From: an uncultured Nitrospinota bacterium
GTDB taxonomy: Bacteria > Tectomicrobia > Entotheonellia > J063 > CAVPRW01
Assembly: GCA_963707985.1 (NCBI GenBank)
Contig: CAVPRW010000009.1
Location: 133,055 to 197,054, forward strand
DNA: 64,000 nt
Direction of reading: 5' to 3'
The notes beneath the pieces were generated by a model. The model had not been told where the DNA came from. It searched no databases and saw nothing but the letters and a program-made list of their open reading frames with translations. Both the position numbers and the translations under genes were made by a program. Shown here in pieces: positions 29,663 to 40,272 of the stretch. Every line of letters begins with the position of its first letter. Positions within the stretch are counted from its first letter, which is position 1.

Positions 29663-31000
29663 GTGGAGCTGCGCCCGTTTCGTGGCATCCTGTATCATCC
29701 GACACACTTCGAGAACCTATTCGCCCTGCTGGCGCCACCCTACGACGTCATCTCCCGGCAGGAGCGCGATATCTACTACCAGCGGCATCCGTATAATGTC
29801 GTGCGCTTGATTTACGGCAAGGATGAAGCGGGAGATACGCCGGACGACAACCGCTACACCAGAGCGGCGCAATATCTCCACACCTGGCTCCGACAGGGTG
29901 TGCTGCGGCGGGACCCCCAAGCGGCGATGTATCTTTGCACTGAGGAGTATGTCCTGCCGGATGGCACCCGGCGGGAGCGGCAGGGACTGATTGCGCTGTG
30001 CCGACTGGAATCCTACGACAGGGGCATCGTCCTGCCGCATGAGGAGACCTCGTCGGTGCCCAAGCGCATGCTGTTCGACCTGCGCTCAGCGGTCGAGGCC
30101 AATCTTAGTCAGATCTTCGCCTTGTATGCCGACGACAGCGGCAAACTCCAGGAGATCCTCACGGCTCAGTGTCAGCAGTCGCCGCGTCTCAGCTTTCGGG
30201 ATCAGGACCACATGCTGCATCGGGTGTGGGCCATCAGTGAACCGTTCGCGCTCAAGGCGATTCAGCAGGTGTTGGCTAACGGCTGGGCGCTCATCGCCGA
30301 CGGCCATCATCGCTATGAGACGTGCCTGGACTACCAACAGATGATGCGCCAGTCGATGCCACACGTCACCGGCGAGGAGTGGTTCAACTTTGTGATGATG
30401 TATCTTACCGACATCCATGATCCCGGCTTGACGATTCTGCCCACTCACCGCGTCCTCCGAGGCCTGTCACCGACATTGGTGAAACAGCTCCCGAGCTGTT
30501 TACGCCACACCTGTGAGCTCGAAGCCTTTCCGTACCACAGCGCGGCTGAACGGGAGGTCCAGCGCCAGCGGCTCATAAGCGAGATGCGTCGACGCGATCC
30601 CAGCGCGCACGTATTCGGTCTTTATACGGGTGAGGAGACGTTCTGGCTCCTGACCTATCGCGGCCTGTTGGCGACGCGGTCACCGTTGACTGGCAGCAAT
30701 GGGAACGGCTCGACCCTCGACGTCAGCCTGCTCCATGATCTACTCTTGGAGAAGGTGTTAGGGCTCGATATCCGGGAGGACAGCATCGCGTTCACGCAAG
30801 ACGACGCGACAGCTGTGGACCTCGTGGCACGCCAGGAATATCAGGTGGCGTTTCTGTTGAATCCGACCCGCGTGGAGCAGATCGTCGAGCCGGCCATGGC
30901 CGGCAGGCGTATGCCGCGCAAGTCGACGTATTTCTACCCGAAGTTGCTCACCGGCATCGTCATGCACAAGGAGGTGGGCGATGAGGATTACAGCGGCTGA
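29663..31000 (+). CDS. DUF1015 family protein
   Basis: RPFRG, APPYDVIS, PHEET, IADGHHRYET, KSTYFYPKLLTG. Confidence 0.9.
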   Translation: MELRPFRGILYHPTHFENLFALLAPPYDVISRQERDIYYQRHPYNVVRLIYGKDEAGDTPDDNRYTRAAQYLHTWLRQGVLRRDPQAAMYLCTEEYVLPDGTRRERQGLIALCRLESYDRGIVLPHEETSSVPKRMLFDLRSAVEANLSQIFALYADDSGKLQEILTAQCQQSPRLSFRDQDHMLHRVWAISEPFALKAIQQVLANGWALIADGHHRYETCLDYQQMMRQSMPHVTGEEWFNFVMMYLTDIHDPGLTILPTHRVLRGLSPTLVKQLPSCLRHTCELEAFPYHSAAEREVQRQRLISEMRRRDPSAHVFGLYTGEETFWLLTYRGLLATRSPLTGSNGNGSTLDVSLLHDLLLEKVLGLDIREDSIAFTQDDATAVDLVARQEYQVAFLLNPTRVEQIVEPAMAGRRMPRKSTYFYPKLLTGIVMHKEVGDEDYSG

Positions 31001-31568
31001 ATTTGTCACCAGCGCGGTCACTCCAGCCCAATATCCGTCCAACCTTGGGCTCGAGGTCGCCTTTGTCGGGCGCTCCAATGTCGGTAAATCTTCCCTGATC
31101 AATACTCTGCTCAATCGTCGCGGGTTGGCGAAAACCAGCTCCACTCCCGGCAAGACGCGCACCATCAATTTCTTTCGCATCAATGGCAAATTCGGGTTTG
31201 TCGATCTACCGGGCTACGGTTTCGCCCAGGTCAGTCGGGCGGAGCGTGCCGCCTGGGGGCCGATGGTGGCGCAATTTTTTCAATCGCGGGAGGAATTGAG
31301 GGGTGTTGTCCAGCTGATCGATGTGCGCCATCCACCTTCGACCGAGGACCAACATACTCGTGACTGGCTCTTACAATGGCAGCGGCCAGTTCTGGTCGTA
31401 GCCACCAAGGTCGATAAGATCGGCCGTCCGCAACGACCCAGCCATCTGAAACAAATCACCGAGGCGCTGCATGTGGATGCTGAGTCACCGGTCCTCCTGT
31501 TTTCAGCCCAAACAGGGGAGGGGAAGGACAAGATCTTGGAGTGGATTAGTGGAGTGATGGACCTCTGA
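30981..31568 (+). CDS. engB: Ribosome biogenesis GTPase YihA/YsxC
   Basis: GRSNVGKSSLIN, PGKT, DLPGYG, TKVDK. Confidence 0.96.
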   Translation: MRITAAEFVTSAVTPAQYPSNLGLEVAFVGRSNVGKSSLINTLLNRRGLAKTSSTPGKTRTINFFRINGKFGFVDLPGYGFAQVSRAERAAWGPMVAQFFQSREELRGVVQLIDVRHPPSTEDQHTRDWLLQWQRPVLVVATKVDKIGRPQRPSHLKQITEALHVDAESPVLLFSAQTGEGKDKILEWISGVMDL

Positions 31569-31571
31569 GGC

Positions 31572-32653
31572 TCAATCACCCTTCAGTGCGCGCAGATAGC
31601 GTCGTGCTTTCATCACCCATTCCTGCTCGGCCGGCACGTCACGCGTCACATGGAGATATTGTTCCCAGGCGGTGATGCCCTCCTCCACGTTGATCTTTTC
31701 CGCCACGCAGGCCAGGTTGTAGTACGCTTTAAAGAGCTGGGGATCGAGCTCGATGGCACGTCGATAGGCCCGCGAGGCGGCATCGGCATAGCCATAGTTA
31801 CGTAGCTCCCCGCCGTCCACGGCCTGGCGGGCATGCATGTTGCCGAGATTATAGTGCACGCGGGCATCGTCGGGCGCCAGGTCGACGGCGCGCTGTAGCA
31901 TCTCAGTGGCCTGATCGTAGCGGTCATGTTGGGCATGCAACAGCGCCAGCTGCACCTGGGCGAAGATGTGGTCGGGATCGCCCTCGAGGGCACGTTCGTA
32001 GGCCTTGATGGCTTCATCCTCATCGCCTTGCGCTGCCAGGGCGAGACCACGTCGATACTGCACCTCTGCCGGGCTCCACCCTGCCTCGGCCAGACGTGAA
32101 TACGCCTCCAATGCCTCCTCCCAGCGGTTCTCGCGGGCCAGAAGATTGGCCAATTTCAGCTGGGGGCTGTGGCAGGAGGGGTCGGCATCCAGCGCCTGTC
32201 CGTAGCAGCGTCGTGCCTCCTCGAGCTGTCCATGCCCGGGCATACAGCACGCCCAGATTGATCCAGGCCTTGGCACAAGTGGGGTCGAGCTCGAGGGCCT
32301 GTTGGAACGCTTGCCGTGCCCCGTCGGTTTCTTCCAGAGCGGGACAGCAGCACACCAAGGTTAAAGGCCGACTGTGCCAACGGTGTAGGCCCCTGCCCCA
32401 CCGCCTCATAGGCAGCGATGGCGTCGTCGATAGCGCCCTGAGACTCGAAGGCGTAGCCCAGATTATGGCGCGCCACCGCATTGGCAGGTGCCAATTCTAA
32501 GGCGCGCTTGAAGACCCGTTGTGCTTCGCCGAAATTGCGGTCATCCAAACGCTGGTGGCCCAGCGCCAGCAGGGCGTCGATGCCGTCAGGTAACACCGAA
32601 TCGGGCACTGCGCTGGTTTCCAGTGTGTGGTCTGCGGGAGTTGCCTCGCTCAT
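31572..32653 (-). pseudogene. TPR-repeat protein split over three frames
   Basis: TPR units (ARHNLG, AWINLG, VHYNLG, AYYNLA) continue across two frameshifts near 32329 and 32236. Both fall in short homopolymers, so these may be sequencing errors. Confidence 0.75.
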
Positions 32654-32744
32654 AGCGTATCTCTTGGATGAGTGCAGCCTAGGTACATGCAGGCGCGGCA
32701 AACGATTTTATGATATCCACTTGTGGTACACCTCGCAAGGAAAG

Positions 32745-32811
32745 AATTGGCCTGGTCAAAAACCCTCCAATTGGCTCTTGTCTGCCCTGGAAAAATCGTT
32801 ATATTGGAGGG
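32745..32811 (+). promoter_or_regulatory. Promoter and probable MocR/PdxR operator
   Basis: AATTGGC direct repeats at 32745 and 32769. A 9-bp inverted repeat CCCTCCAAT/ATTGGAGGG brackets TTGTCT-N16-TATATT. Confidence 0.55.
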
Positions 32812-32837
32812 ATACTTTCCCAGATGGAGGTGTCCCG

Positions 32838-34373
32838 GTGTTGATTCACCTCGACCGCAGGAGTGGCTCGCCACTCTATGCCCAGATTGTCAATTATCTC
32901 CGTCGGCTGATCGAGACCGACGTGTTGAAGCCGGGCGTCAAACTGCCGGCGACCCGTGCGTTTGCCACTGACCTGGGTGTGGACCGGGCCACCGTCGTCG
33001 CTGCCTACGATGAGTTGGTGGCACAGGGTTTCGCCACCGCGCATGTGGGGCAGGGAACCTTCGTTGCCACGCATGCCTCAGACGTAGAACCGTGGACGAA
33101 GGACTCGACGGATATAGAGAGCCTACCAGGAGAGATCAATTGGCGCCAGTGTTTTTCCAGGGCGGCAAGAATCAACGCCGACTGGCGACCGCCGGACGTG
33201 TCCGCACATCGGGCGCCAGGAGAGACAATCTCTTTCGCCGGTGGTATGCCTGACAGTTCACTCTTTCCCATCGATGCCTTTCGCCAGGTCATGCATGAGG
33301 TCTTACGCACGGAAGGCCGGGCGCTGCTGCAATATAACCCGGCCAGCGGCTATCCGCCGCTACGGCGTTATCTGGCTGACTACCTGGTACGCAAAGGTCT
33401 TGTCGTCACCGAAGCCGACATCTTGATCGTCAATGGCTCCCAGCAGGGCCTCGATCTGGTGGCCCGCACCTTACTGGATCCTGGGGATCGCGTGGTCGTC
33501 GAAGGCCCATCATACCCCGGAGCCTTGCAGATTTTCCGCGCCTATCAAGCGGAAGTGCTGACTGTTCCGGTCGGCAACGATGGGATCCGCCGCGATATCT
33601 TGGAGGGTGTGATGCAGCGCCTCGCGCCCAAATGCATCTATGTCATGCCCACCTTTCAGAACCCCACGGGGGCGACGGTGAGCCTGGAGGGCCGGCGTGA
33701 GCTGCTGGCCATGGCAGCCAAGGCGCAGGTGCCGATCATCGAAGATGATTTTCATAATGAGCTGCGCTACGATGGAGCACCGGTCATTTCTCTACGGGGA
33801 CTCGATCGTAAAGGGCTGGTCATCGCCGTCGGGACATTCTCCAAAATTCTCTTTCCTGGCCTACGTGTGGGCTGGATCGTCGCCCCGCCGGAGGTCATGG
33901 AGCGCCTGATCATCGCCAAACGGGTGTCTGATTTCCATACCAGCGCGCTGATCCAGGCGGCGATCTACCATTTCTGCCGACGACGCCTGCTGGACCAGCA
34001 TATGGAGCGCATGCGCCGTGAATATCGACGGCGGCGCGACACGTTGATACAAGCCCTCAGCCGGCATTGCCCACCGAACGTCATATGGACCCATCCGCAG
34101 GGGGGCTTTTCATTGCTGTTAACGTTGCCCTCGGGAATCGATACGCAAAGTCTCCTGCCTGAGGCGGCCAGCGCAGGGGTCCTGTATACACCAGGGACCC
34201 TCTTCTACGCCGATGGTGGAGGACGGAACCAATTGCGGCTGTCGTTCTCCGATGTGCCGGCGGAACAGATCGAAGCGGGTGTGCAGCGGTTGTCGAGCGT
34301 GCTCGCGGCTGCTCTCCATAGTGGCCGGCGTTCCCGCTCGGTCGAGAGTCAGGAAGGCCCACCGCTCGTATAG
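32838..34373 (+). CDS. MocR/GntR-family PLP-dependent transcriptional regulator (PdxR-like)
   Basis: GntR HTH (PLYAQI...LPATR...GQGTFV) plus aminotransferase domain ([21 protein letters not shown]). Directly upstream of pdxS and pdxT. Confidence 0.9.
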   Translation: MLIHLDRRSGSPLYAQIVNYLRRLIETDVLKPGVKLPATRAFATDLGVDRATVVAAYDELVAQGFATAHVGQGTFVATHASDVEPWTKDSTDIESLPGEINWRQCFSRAARINADWRPPDVSAHRAPGETISFAGGMPDSSLFPIDAFRQVMHEVLRTEGRALLQYNPASGYPPLRRYLADYLVRKGLVVTEADILIVNGSQQGLDLVARTLLDPGDRVVVEGPSYPGALQIFRAYQAEVLTVPVGNDGIRRDILEGVMQRLAPKCIYVMPTFQNPTGATVSLEGRRELLAMAAKAQVPIIEDDFHNELRYDGAPVISLRGLDRKGLVIAVGTFSKILFPGLRVGWIVAPPEVMERLIIAKRVSDFHTSALIQAAIYHFCRRRLLDQHMERMRREYRRRRDTLIQALSRHCPPNVIWTHPQGGFSLLLTLPSGIDTQSLLPEAASAGVLYTPGTLFYADGGGRNQLRLSFSDVPAEQIEAGVQRLSSVLAAALHSGRRSRSVESQEGPPLV

Positions 34374-34441
34374 ACGCGGCTGGGCTTGGAACCGGTTGGC
34401 TGGGTGCACCAGCAGCCATGTCACGGAAAGAGGAGGAGATC

Positions 34442-35413
34442 ATGAAAGCTCGACCCAAAACGACGACATCAAAAACTGCACCAAAACCCGCCCCAAAACC
34501 CCTGCAAACGGCGCCTGCACAGGCACCCGTGGTGCAAACGGGAACATCAAAATTGAAAATCGGTCTGGCGGATATGCTCAAAGGCGGGGTCATCATGGAT
34601 GTGACCAACGCTGAGCAGGCCAAAATCGCCGAGGATGCCGGGGCGGTGTCGGTCATGGCGTTGGAACGTGTGCCAGCCGATATCCGTGCCCAGGGCGGCG
34701 TCGCCCGTATGGCCAGCATTCGCAAGATCAAAGAGATCATGCGCTCGGTCACCATCCCGGTTATGGCCAAGGTGCGCATCGGCCACTTCGCCGAGGCCCA
34801 GATCCTCGAATCCTTGGGGGTCGATTATATTGACGAGAGCGAGGTGCTCACCCCTGCCGATGAGGCGTATCATATCGACAAATTTGCCTTCAAGGTGCCG
34901 TTTGTCTGCGGTGCACGCGACCTTTCAGAGGCACTGCGGCGTATCGGCGAAGGTGCGGCGATGATCCGCACCAAAGGCGAAGCCGGCTCGGGGAATATCG
35001 TCGAAGCCGTACGCCACATGCGCAAAGTAATGGGCCATATGGCGCGGCTCCGGGCCATGCGTCCGGATGAGTTGATGACTGAAGCCAAGGAGATGGGAGC
35101 ACCCTACGAGATCGTCAAGCTGGTGGCCGAAACCGGCAAGCTACCGGTGCCGAATTTCGCCGCTGGCGGCATCGCCACACCGGCTGATGCCTCGCTGATG
35201 ATCCAACTCGGTGCCGAGGCGATCTTCGTGGGCTCTGGGATTTTTAAGTCGGAAGACCCCAAAAAGCGTGCCGAGGCCATTGTCTTAGCGGCAACCCACT
35301 ACAACGACCCCGACATGCTGGCGCGAGTTTCCGAAGATTTAGGCGAAGCCATGCCAGGCATTGAAATTTCCAAACTTGCAGAGGGGGAGCTCTTGCAGCG
35401 GAGGGGTGTGTAA
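34442..35413 (+). CDS. pdxS: Pyridoxal 5'-phosphate synthase lyase subunit
   Basis: [40 protein letters not shown]. Has an N-terminal Lys/Pro/Thr-rich extension. Confidence 0.97.
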   Translation: MKARPKTTTSKTAPKPAPKPLQTAPAQAPVVQTGTSKLKIGLADMLKGGVIMDVTNAEQAKIAEDAGAVSVMALERVPADIRAQGGVARMASIRKIKEIMRSVTIPVMAKVRIGHFAEAQILESLGVDYIDESEVLTPADEAYHIDKFAFKVPFVCGARDLSEALRRIGEGAAMIRTKGEAGSGNIVEAVRHMRKVMGHMARLRAMRPDELMTEAKEMGAPYEIVKLVAETGKLPVPNFAAGGIATPADASLMIQLGAEAIFVGSGIFKSEDPKKRAEAIVLAATHYNDPDMLARVSEDLGEAMPGIEISKLAEGELLQRRGV

Positions 35414-35994
35414 TGCCACGTGTTGGGGTGCTGGCCATCCAGGGGGACTTCGCGGCACACTTGTCCGCGCTGCGCGAGGCCGGGGCTGAGGCGTGCGAGG
35501 TCCGCAAGGCCGATGAGTTGCGTCAAGTCGACGGACTGGTGATCCCCGGAGGCGAAAGCACTACGCTGTTAAAATTTATTCTCAACCCTGACCTCGGCTA
35601 TATCGAGGCTTTTCAGGAATTTCATCAGGCGGGAAAACCGATATTCGGTACTTGCGCCGGATTGATCCTGGTTGCCAAGGATGTGGTCAATCCGGCACAA
35701 TTCTCCTTCGGCTTCATCGATGTGGGGGTGGAACGCAACTCCTACGGTCGACAAAAAGAAAGCTTCGAGACTGTAGGTGAGGGCTATCTGGAGGGCACCG
35801 CCAAGCCGCTCAAGATGGTGTTCATCCGAGCCCCGCGGATCACGCGTCTGGGTCGAAAGGTAGAGCTCCTGGCCACGTGGCGTGAAGAACCGGTCATGGC
35901 GCGCCAGGGGACCATTCTGGTCGCCACATTTCACCCGGAGTTGACTGGTGACCTGACCGTGCATCACTATTTTCTGGAGATGGTAGGCCGGTAA
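35413..35994 (+). CDS. pdxT: Pyridoxal 5'-phosphate synthase glutaminase subunit
   Basis: GVLAIQG, PGGESTT, GTCAGLI, FIRAP, FHPEL. Confidence 0.97.
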   Translation: MPRVGVLAIQGDFAAHLSALREAGAEACEVRKADELRQVDGLVIPGGESTTLLKFILNPDLGYIEAFQEFHQAGKPIFGTCAGLILVAKDVVNPAQFSFGFIDVGVERNSYGRQKESFETVGEGYLEGTAKPLKMVFIRAPRITRLGRKVELLATWREEPVMARQGTILVATFHPELTGDLTVHHYFLEMVGR

Positions 35995-36003
35995 GTTGTA
36001 CGT

Positions 36004-36098
36004 CCCCTCTCCCTGCGGGAGAGGGGAGGGTGAGGGCGGCAGGGCATGAGCGAGCGGTTGGGCTTCCCTCACCCCAGCCCTCTCCCGGAGGGAGAGGG
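36004..36098. repeat. Inverted pair of REP-like palindromes
   Basis: CCCCTCTCCC-TGC-GGGAGAGGGGAGGGTGAGGG and CCCTCACCCCAGCCCTCTCCC-GGA-GGGAGAGGG. Confidence 0.75.
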
Positions 36099-36213
36099 AG
36101 AAATGCACCGGAGTCAGTGTCGTGTACGCAAAGTGCTGACCGTAGAATCTATCTCAATAAGCTCGCAAGGTGGCTCGAATAAAGGCCGCTGATGCCCTGC
36201 TGGGAATACGCCC

Positions 36214-36450
36214 TTAGCTCGCCAGGGCCTCGTCGATCGCCTTCGGATTAAAACCTCTGAGCTGTTTGTCGCCAATTAGGATGAGAGGCAGCGAGCGCAC
36301 TCCCAGGCTCATAAGCTCCTGTACTGCCTCGGGATTGCGCGACACGTTCTTTTCCGTAAACTCCACGCCCTTTTGCGATAGATACTCCATCGCTTGATGG
36401 CACGGACCTCAGCCGACGTTGCTGTAGACAACGACTTGTTTTGGCTCCAT
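36214..36450 (-). CDS. Selenocysteine-containing glutaredoxin (NrdH-like), 78 aa, UxxC motif
   Basis: MEPKQVVVYSNVG-UGA-GPCHQAMEYLSQKGVEFTEKNV...RSLPLILIGDKQLRGFNP. GGGAGG RBS. The in-frame UGA sits at the first Cys of the CxxC motif. Confidence 0.88.
36375..36393 (-). promoter_or_regulatory. Bacterial SECIS-like hairpin
   Basis: GCGAUGGA-GUA-UCUAUCGC, starting 15 nt after the UGA, with G first in the apical loop. Confidence 0.7.
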
Positions 36451-36469
36451 GTATGGAAGTCCTCCCTTG

Positions 36470-37029
36470 ATTATCTTCAGGTCTCTGATATCGTTTCTTG
36501 CGTTTGACTTGCGGAGACTTGCGTCCGGATCATCGAACTGATCCACAGCACTCTTGTCCCTATGCCGAATGGCGTGACCGTGAAGATCCGCGGTCATTCG
36601 GATGGAGCTATGCCCTAGCTGCTCTTTGATGAACACCGGGGACTGTTGCTGCCAGAGGAACTGCGTGGCATACCTGTGTCGCAAGGCATGGGAATGTCGG
36701 TAGGCAATCACCGCATCGAAGAGCGGTTTCCAGCGGGTGGGGTAAAAACTATTGAGGGTCATGGGTAGGCCCGTCTTGTTCGGACATAACCAGACTTCCT
36801 CCAGGCGTCCCAACACGTACGCCTGCAGCGCCGCACAGAGTTGCTGGCTCATCTCCACGATACGCGGCCTGCTGCTTTTGGGAATGCCTGTATAGCCTGG
36901 ACCGCGCGATTGATTACCCCAGGTCCGCTGCACATGCATCTCACGCCGTTCGAAGTCGAGGTCCTCGCGCCGCAATCCCATGAGCTCCCTGATGCGTATG
37001 CCCAAGCGTGCCAGCGTCAACTCCATCAC
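36470..37029 (-). pseudogene. Tyrosine integrase C-terminal remnant
   Basis: LGIRIREL, HALRHRYAT, EQLGHSSIRMTADLHGH (catalytic Tyr replaced by His). N-terminal domain missing. The frame runs on into the glutaredoxin gene. Confidence 0.85.
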
Positions 37030-37072
37030 AATCGAAATCGTCTAACGCTATCTTGGCCGACAACTTCAGAAT

Positions 37073-37273
37073 TCATTGTATCTCAGCCATGACCTCGTTG
37101 ACAAGCTGATCGATGTCGGTTGGGCGGCTGAGGGCCTTAAACCCCTCCAGTCATCCATGAAATTCACCAATGTCGACGAGAATCTTCCCGTGCAGCCTGT
37201 AGTGGGGCAGGGGATGCTCCAGGCGTTGCAGGTAGCTGCGCAGGGTTTTGACAGATATGGTGCGCACACGATG
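37073..37273 (-). pseudogene. Excisionase-like HTH DNA-binding protein remnant
   Basis: Hand translation: ISVKTLRSYLQRLEHPLPHYRLHGKILVDIGEFHG*LEGFK...DIDQLVNEVMAEIQ*. Internal TGA at 37151-37153. Upstream of the integrase remnant. Confidence 0.55.
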
Positions 37274-37334
37274 GCATAGGGTCGAGGTGTTCATCGTGCT
37301 CTGGACCGACGATGCCTACCCATGGCTGGAGCGC

Positions 37335-38918
37335 TCACCAGCTTTCGACCACACGTCCCATCGGCGCCGAGGTCAGCACCTCCCCGGGGGCTGCCTGACC
37401 TGACAAACGCACTGGCATAGCCAGTGTGTCTCCTACCGCTAGCACACGCAGCGACGTGTCGCGAGCCTGGATGGCCACCAGCACCGGCCCCCAATGGAGT
37501 CCCAACCGCAGCGCGGGGCGTGGCCCCTCCTCGGCCAGTGGGCTCTCGTCGCCTGCCAGCTCCTGCAGCGCCAGAGCCGCGTGCACCGCCCGCTGCGGCA
37601 ACTGCTCCAGCGTTTGCGGAAGGCCAAAGGCAAACAACAGCATGGAGGGTGCGTGCGGTAACAGCACCCCCCCAAACCCTTCGACTGTTTCCACAATCGT
37701 GTGCTCCCACCGTGCAGTCACCGTCCACGGCTCATACGGGACACCCTCTATAGTGGTGACGTCCGGCCACGTCAGGTCGATTGCCAGAACCGCCACCAGC
37801 TTCCGTTCCCACCCGGTTGGCGGCCCTGCATCGACGATCAGCGGATCTATCGGCTGGGAGACCGGCGCTTGCGTGAGATCCGCCAGGGTGAGGGGTCTGA
37901 TCCCATGCCGTCGCATGCGGTAGCGCAAGGCATCCCGCCGGAGCCCAAGCAGCTGGGCAGCCCGCACCACATTGCCCCCGGTCCGCATGAGGGCCTGCCG
38001 GATGTATGCCGGCTCGTCTACACTGGCAGCCCCTATAGCGGGCGGCGCCACACCCAGGACCAGCTCTCCTCCCGAGGAACGCGGCAGGCGGAATTGCTCG
38101 AGGGCGTTGGCTTCAATGACATCCTCCGGATGTAACAGTGTGACCCGCTCCATCAGGTGACTCAGCTCCCGCACATTACCCGGCCAGACATACCGTAAGA
38201 GCCACGCTTCCGCCGATGGATGCAAGCGCTTGCGAGGCGCCCGGTGGCCTGTGGCGTACTGCTGGAGGAATTGGCGGGCCAGCATGAGGATATCCTCGCC
38301 GCGCGCCCGTAAGGGAGGGAACTCCAGGAGTACCACCGCGAGCCTGTGGTACAGGTCTAAGCGAAAACGTCCGTCTGCCACCCGGGTGTTCAGGTCCGCT
38401 GACGTGGCGGCAATGAGCTTGACGTCGACCGCATTGTCGACCAAGGCACCCAGCCGCCGCAGGCGCTTTTCCTCGATGATCTTGAGGAGCTTACTTTGCA
38501 GGACCACTGGGAGGGCGTCGATCTCGTCGAGAACGAGCGTGCCTCCAGAAGCGGCCTCGAACAACCCTGCCTTGGCGCGCTTGGCATCCGTAAACGCACC
38601 GGCCTCGAAGCCAAACAGCTCGGCCTCCAGCATGGTCTCCGGAATGGCCGCACAGCTGACGTCGATGAAAGGGCCACGCGCCCGCGGACCACTGTCATGG
38701 AGCACGCGCGCGACCAGTCCCTTGCCGGTGCCAGTCTCGCCGTGGAGGACCACCGTCGGGACATAGGCATTACCGATCCCATCAAAGGATGACAAGTGGC
38801 GGATCTGACTGCGTAACGCCTGGATGGTGAGAGCCTGGCCGATCAGGCGGTCCGTCGGGTGATGGGGGGGAATGGTCCCTTTGAGGGGGAGGTTTTTCAT
38901 AAGATGTCGAGAATGCAT
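37335..38918 (-). CDS. Sigma54-interacting AAA+/Fis regulator fused to a class III cyclase-like domain, probably truncated
   Basis: GETGTGKG, ELFGFEAGAFTDA, FRLDLYHRL, WPGNVREL, Fis HTH, then ERKLVAVLAID...RLGLHWG. The first codons lie inside an IS end. Confidence 0.8.
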   Translation of the reverse strand: MHSRHLMKNLPLKGTIPPHHPTDRLIGQALTIQALRSQIRHLSSFDGIGNAYVPTVVLHGETGTGKGLVARVLHDSGPRARGPFIDVSCAAIPETMLEAELFGFEAGAFTDAKRAKAGLFEAASGGTLVLDEIDALPVVLQSKLLKIIEEKRLRRLGALVDNAVDVKLIAATSADLNTRVADGRFRLDLYHRLAVVLLEFPPLRARGEDILMLARQFLQQYATGHRAPRKRLHPSAEAWLLRYVWPGNVRELSHLMERVTLLHPEDVIEANALEQFRLPRSSGGELVLGVAPPAIGAASVDEPAYIRQALMRTGGNVVRAAQLLGLRRDALRYRMRRHGIRPLTLADLTQAPVSQPIDPLIVDAGPPTGWERKLVAVLAIDLTWPDVTTIEGVPYEPWTVTARWEHTIVETVEGFGGVLLPHAPSMLLFAFGLPQTLEQLPQRAVHAALALQELAGDESPLAEEGPRPALRLGLHWGPVLVAIQARDTSLRVLAVGDTLAMPVRLSGQAAPGEVLTSAPMGRVVESW

Positions 38919-40272
38919 CGGCTGTTCCCTCGAATGCCTCAGCTGCTGTCTCCTGGCTCCTCATGCAGCCTCGGGTAGGGCCATGTCAGGCTTGCAGGCC
39001 TCTTGCTCCCATGGTGGTACCGTGGGCCAGGGTTCCGGCACGAAGCGCCCCTCTGGCAACGGCTCCTGGCGCAGCAACGCCACCAACAGGACCACCCAGC
39101 CCTGCCGAAACACGCTCACCAGGCGCAGGCGGGTCGCCCGCCGCATCCGCGGGCGTCCTGGGCACAGGGCCGTCACGTCGAGCCGCGTGCTGGTCGGCAC
39201 CGTCTCGTCGGCCGCCCCACCTACACTGAGCCGCCACCATGTGGCCACCGCCACGGCCAGCCACAGCCGTGCGGCGCGTGCCGGATGGCGCATGCGCGTG
39301 CGGTGCCATGGCCAACCCGCCCGTGTGGTGATCTTCAAGCCCTGCTCGATCCAGGCGCGGAGCCCCTACCAGCCCGCATCACTGGCCGCAGGCGACAGGT
39401 CGGTCAGGATCAACCACGGGTCCTGATAGCCTTCTTCCCAGCGGACCAGCCAGGTGCAGACGACCTGATGGCGCGTCAAGGCCAGGCCTGTGCCGCGCCA
39501 ACTGGTACCCGGCCGCGGCGCAAAGGTCCGCAACGGCCGCCAGGTGGCCGCTCCCGCTGGCCGAAAGCTGCCACCCGTGTTGATGCGTCAAAACGGATGC
39601 CAGCCTAGGCGCGTGAGGCGCCGACACAACCACGGCGCGTACAAGCCGCGATCAGCCAAGACGATCACCGTCCAGCCCTGGGGAATCGCCGGGCGTAGCC
39701 GCCGCAACAGCCGCAACCATTCGCGCCGCCAGGCGTGTGTGGCGCCCGCCGGCAGGATGACCCAGGCGACCGGGACGGCGCAGCCGCGATACCCCACGCT
39801 GATGGCCAGCACCACCAACCGTTGCCCCAGGGTCGTCGCGTCGAGGGCCAGGGCCAATGGGGTGCCCTGCCACCAGCTCACCACCCACCCTAGCAAGGGG
39901 TGCACAGCAGGTCTCCACGCAGCGTGCTTGGCGCTTCGTGCCCCGCTGGCGTGGGACGTCATCATACCACTCGCGCAGCTGCTGGCGGACGGTCTGCTCC
40001 TGACGCGGTATCCCCGCCGCCAGCAGCTGACTGACCGCGGTGAGAGCACACGAGCGGGCCAGCACCATCTCGAAGCTCCACATCGCCAGGACGGTGACCT
40101 GGGGCTTGCTCACATGGGACAAATGCGGCATGATGATCGTCAACCATTGGTCAAAACTGGCCTGGCAAAACATGGCTGCCCTCCTTGTGGTTGTGGGTCA
40201 TTGCACACCCCACCGTATGCCGCAGGGAGGGAAGTCACCTCACCTAATTTTCAAAAAACCTCCCCTTGTAAG
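38879..40272 (-). mobile_element. IS4-family element with frameshifted transposase
   Basis: ALDATTL, LADRGLYA, PWLILTD and WIEQG are spread over several frames. Terminal inverted repeats match at 16/19. Flanks GGAATGGTCC and GGGATGGACC. Confidence 0.8.

Noticed and set aside
31572..32653. Programmed frameshifting in the TPR gene
   Set aside because: No slippery heptamer was seen. Two single-base shifts in short homopolymers fit sequencing error or decay better.
36409..37029. 206-aa integrase ORF as called by the track
   Set aside because: Its last 13 codons are the start of the glutaredoxin and its stop is the probable Sec codon. The integrase itself is a fragment.
37151..37153. Second selenocysteine codon in the excisionase-like relic
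   Set aside because: The position corresponds to a likely Trp (TGG to TGA) in a decayed gene, not a redox Cys.
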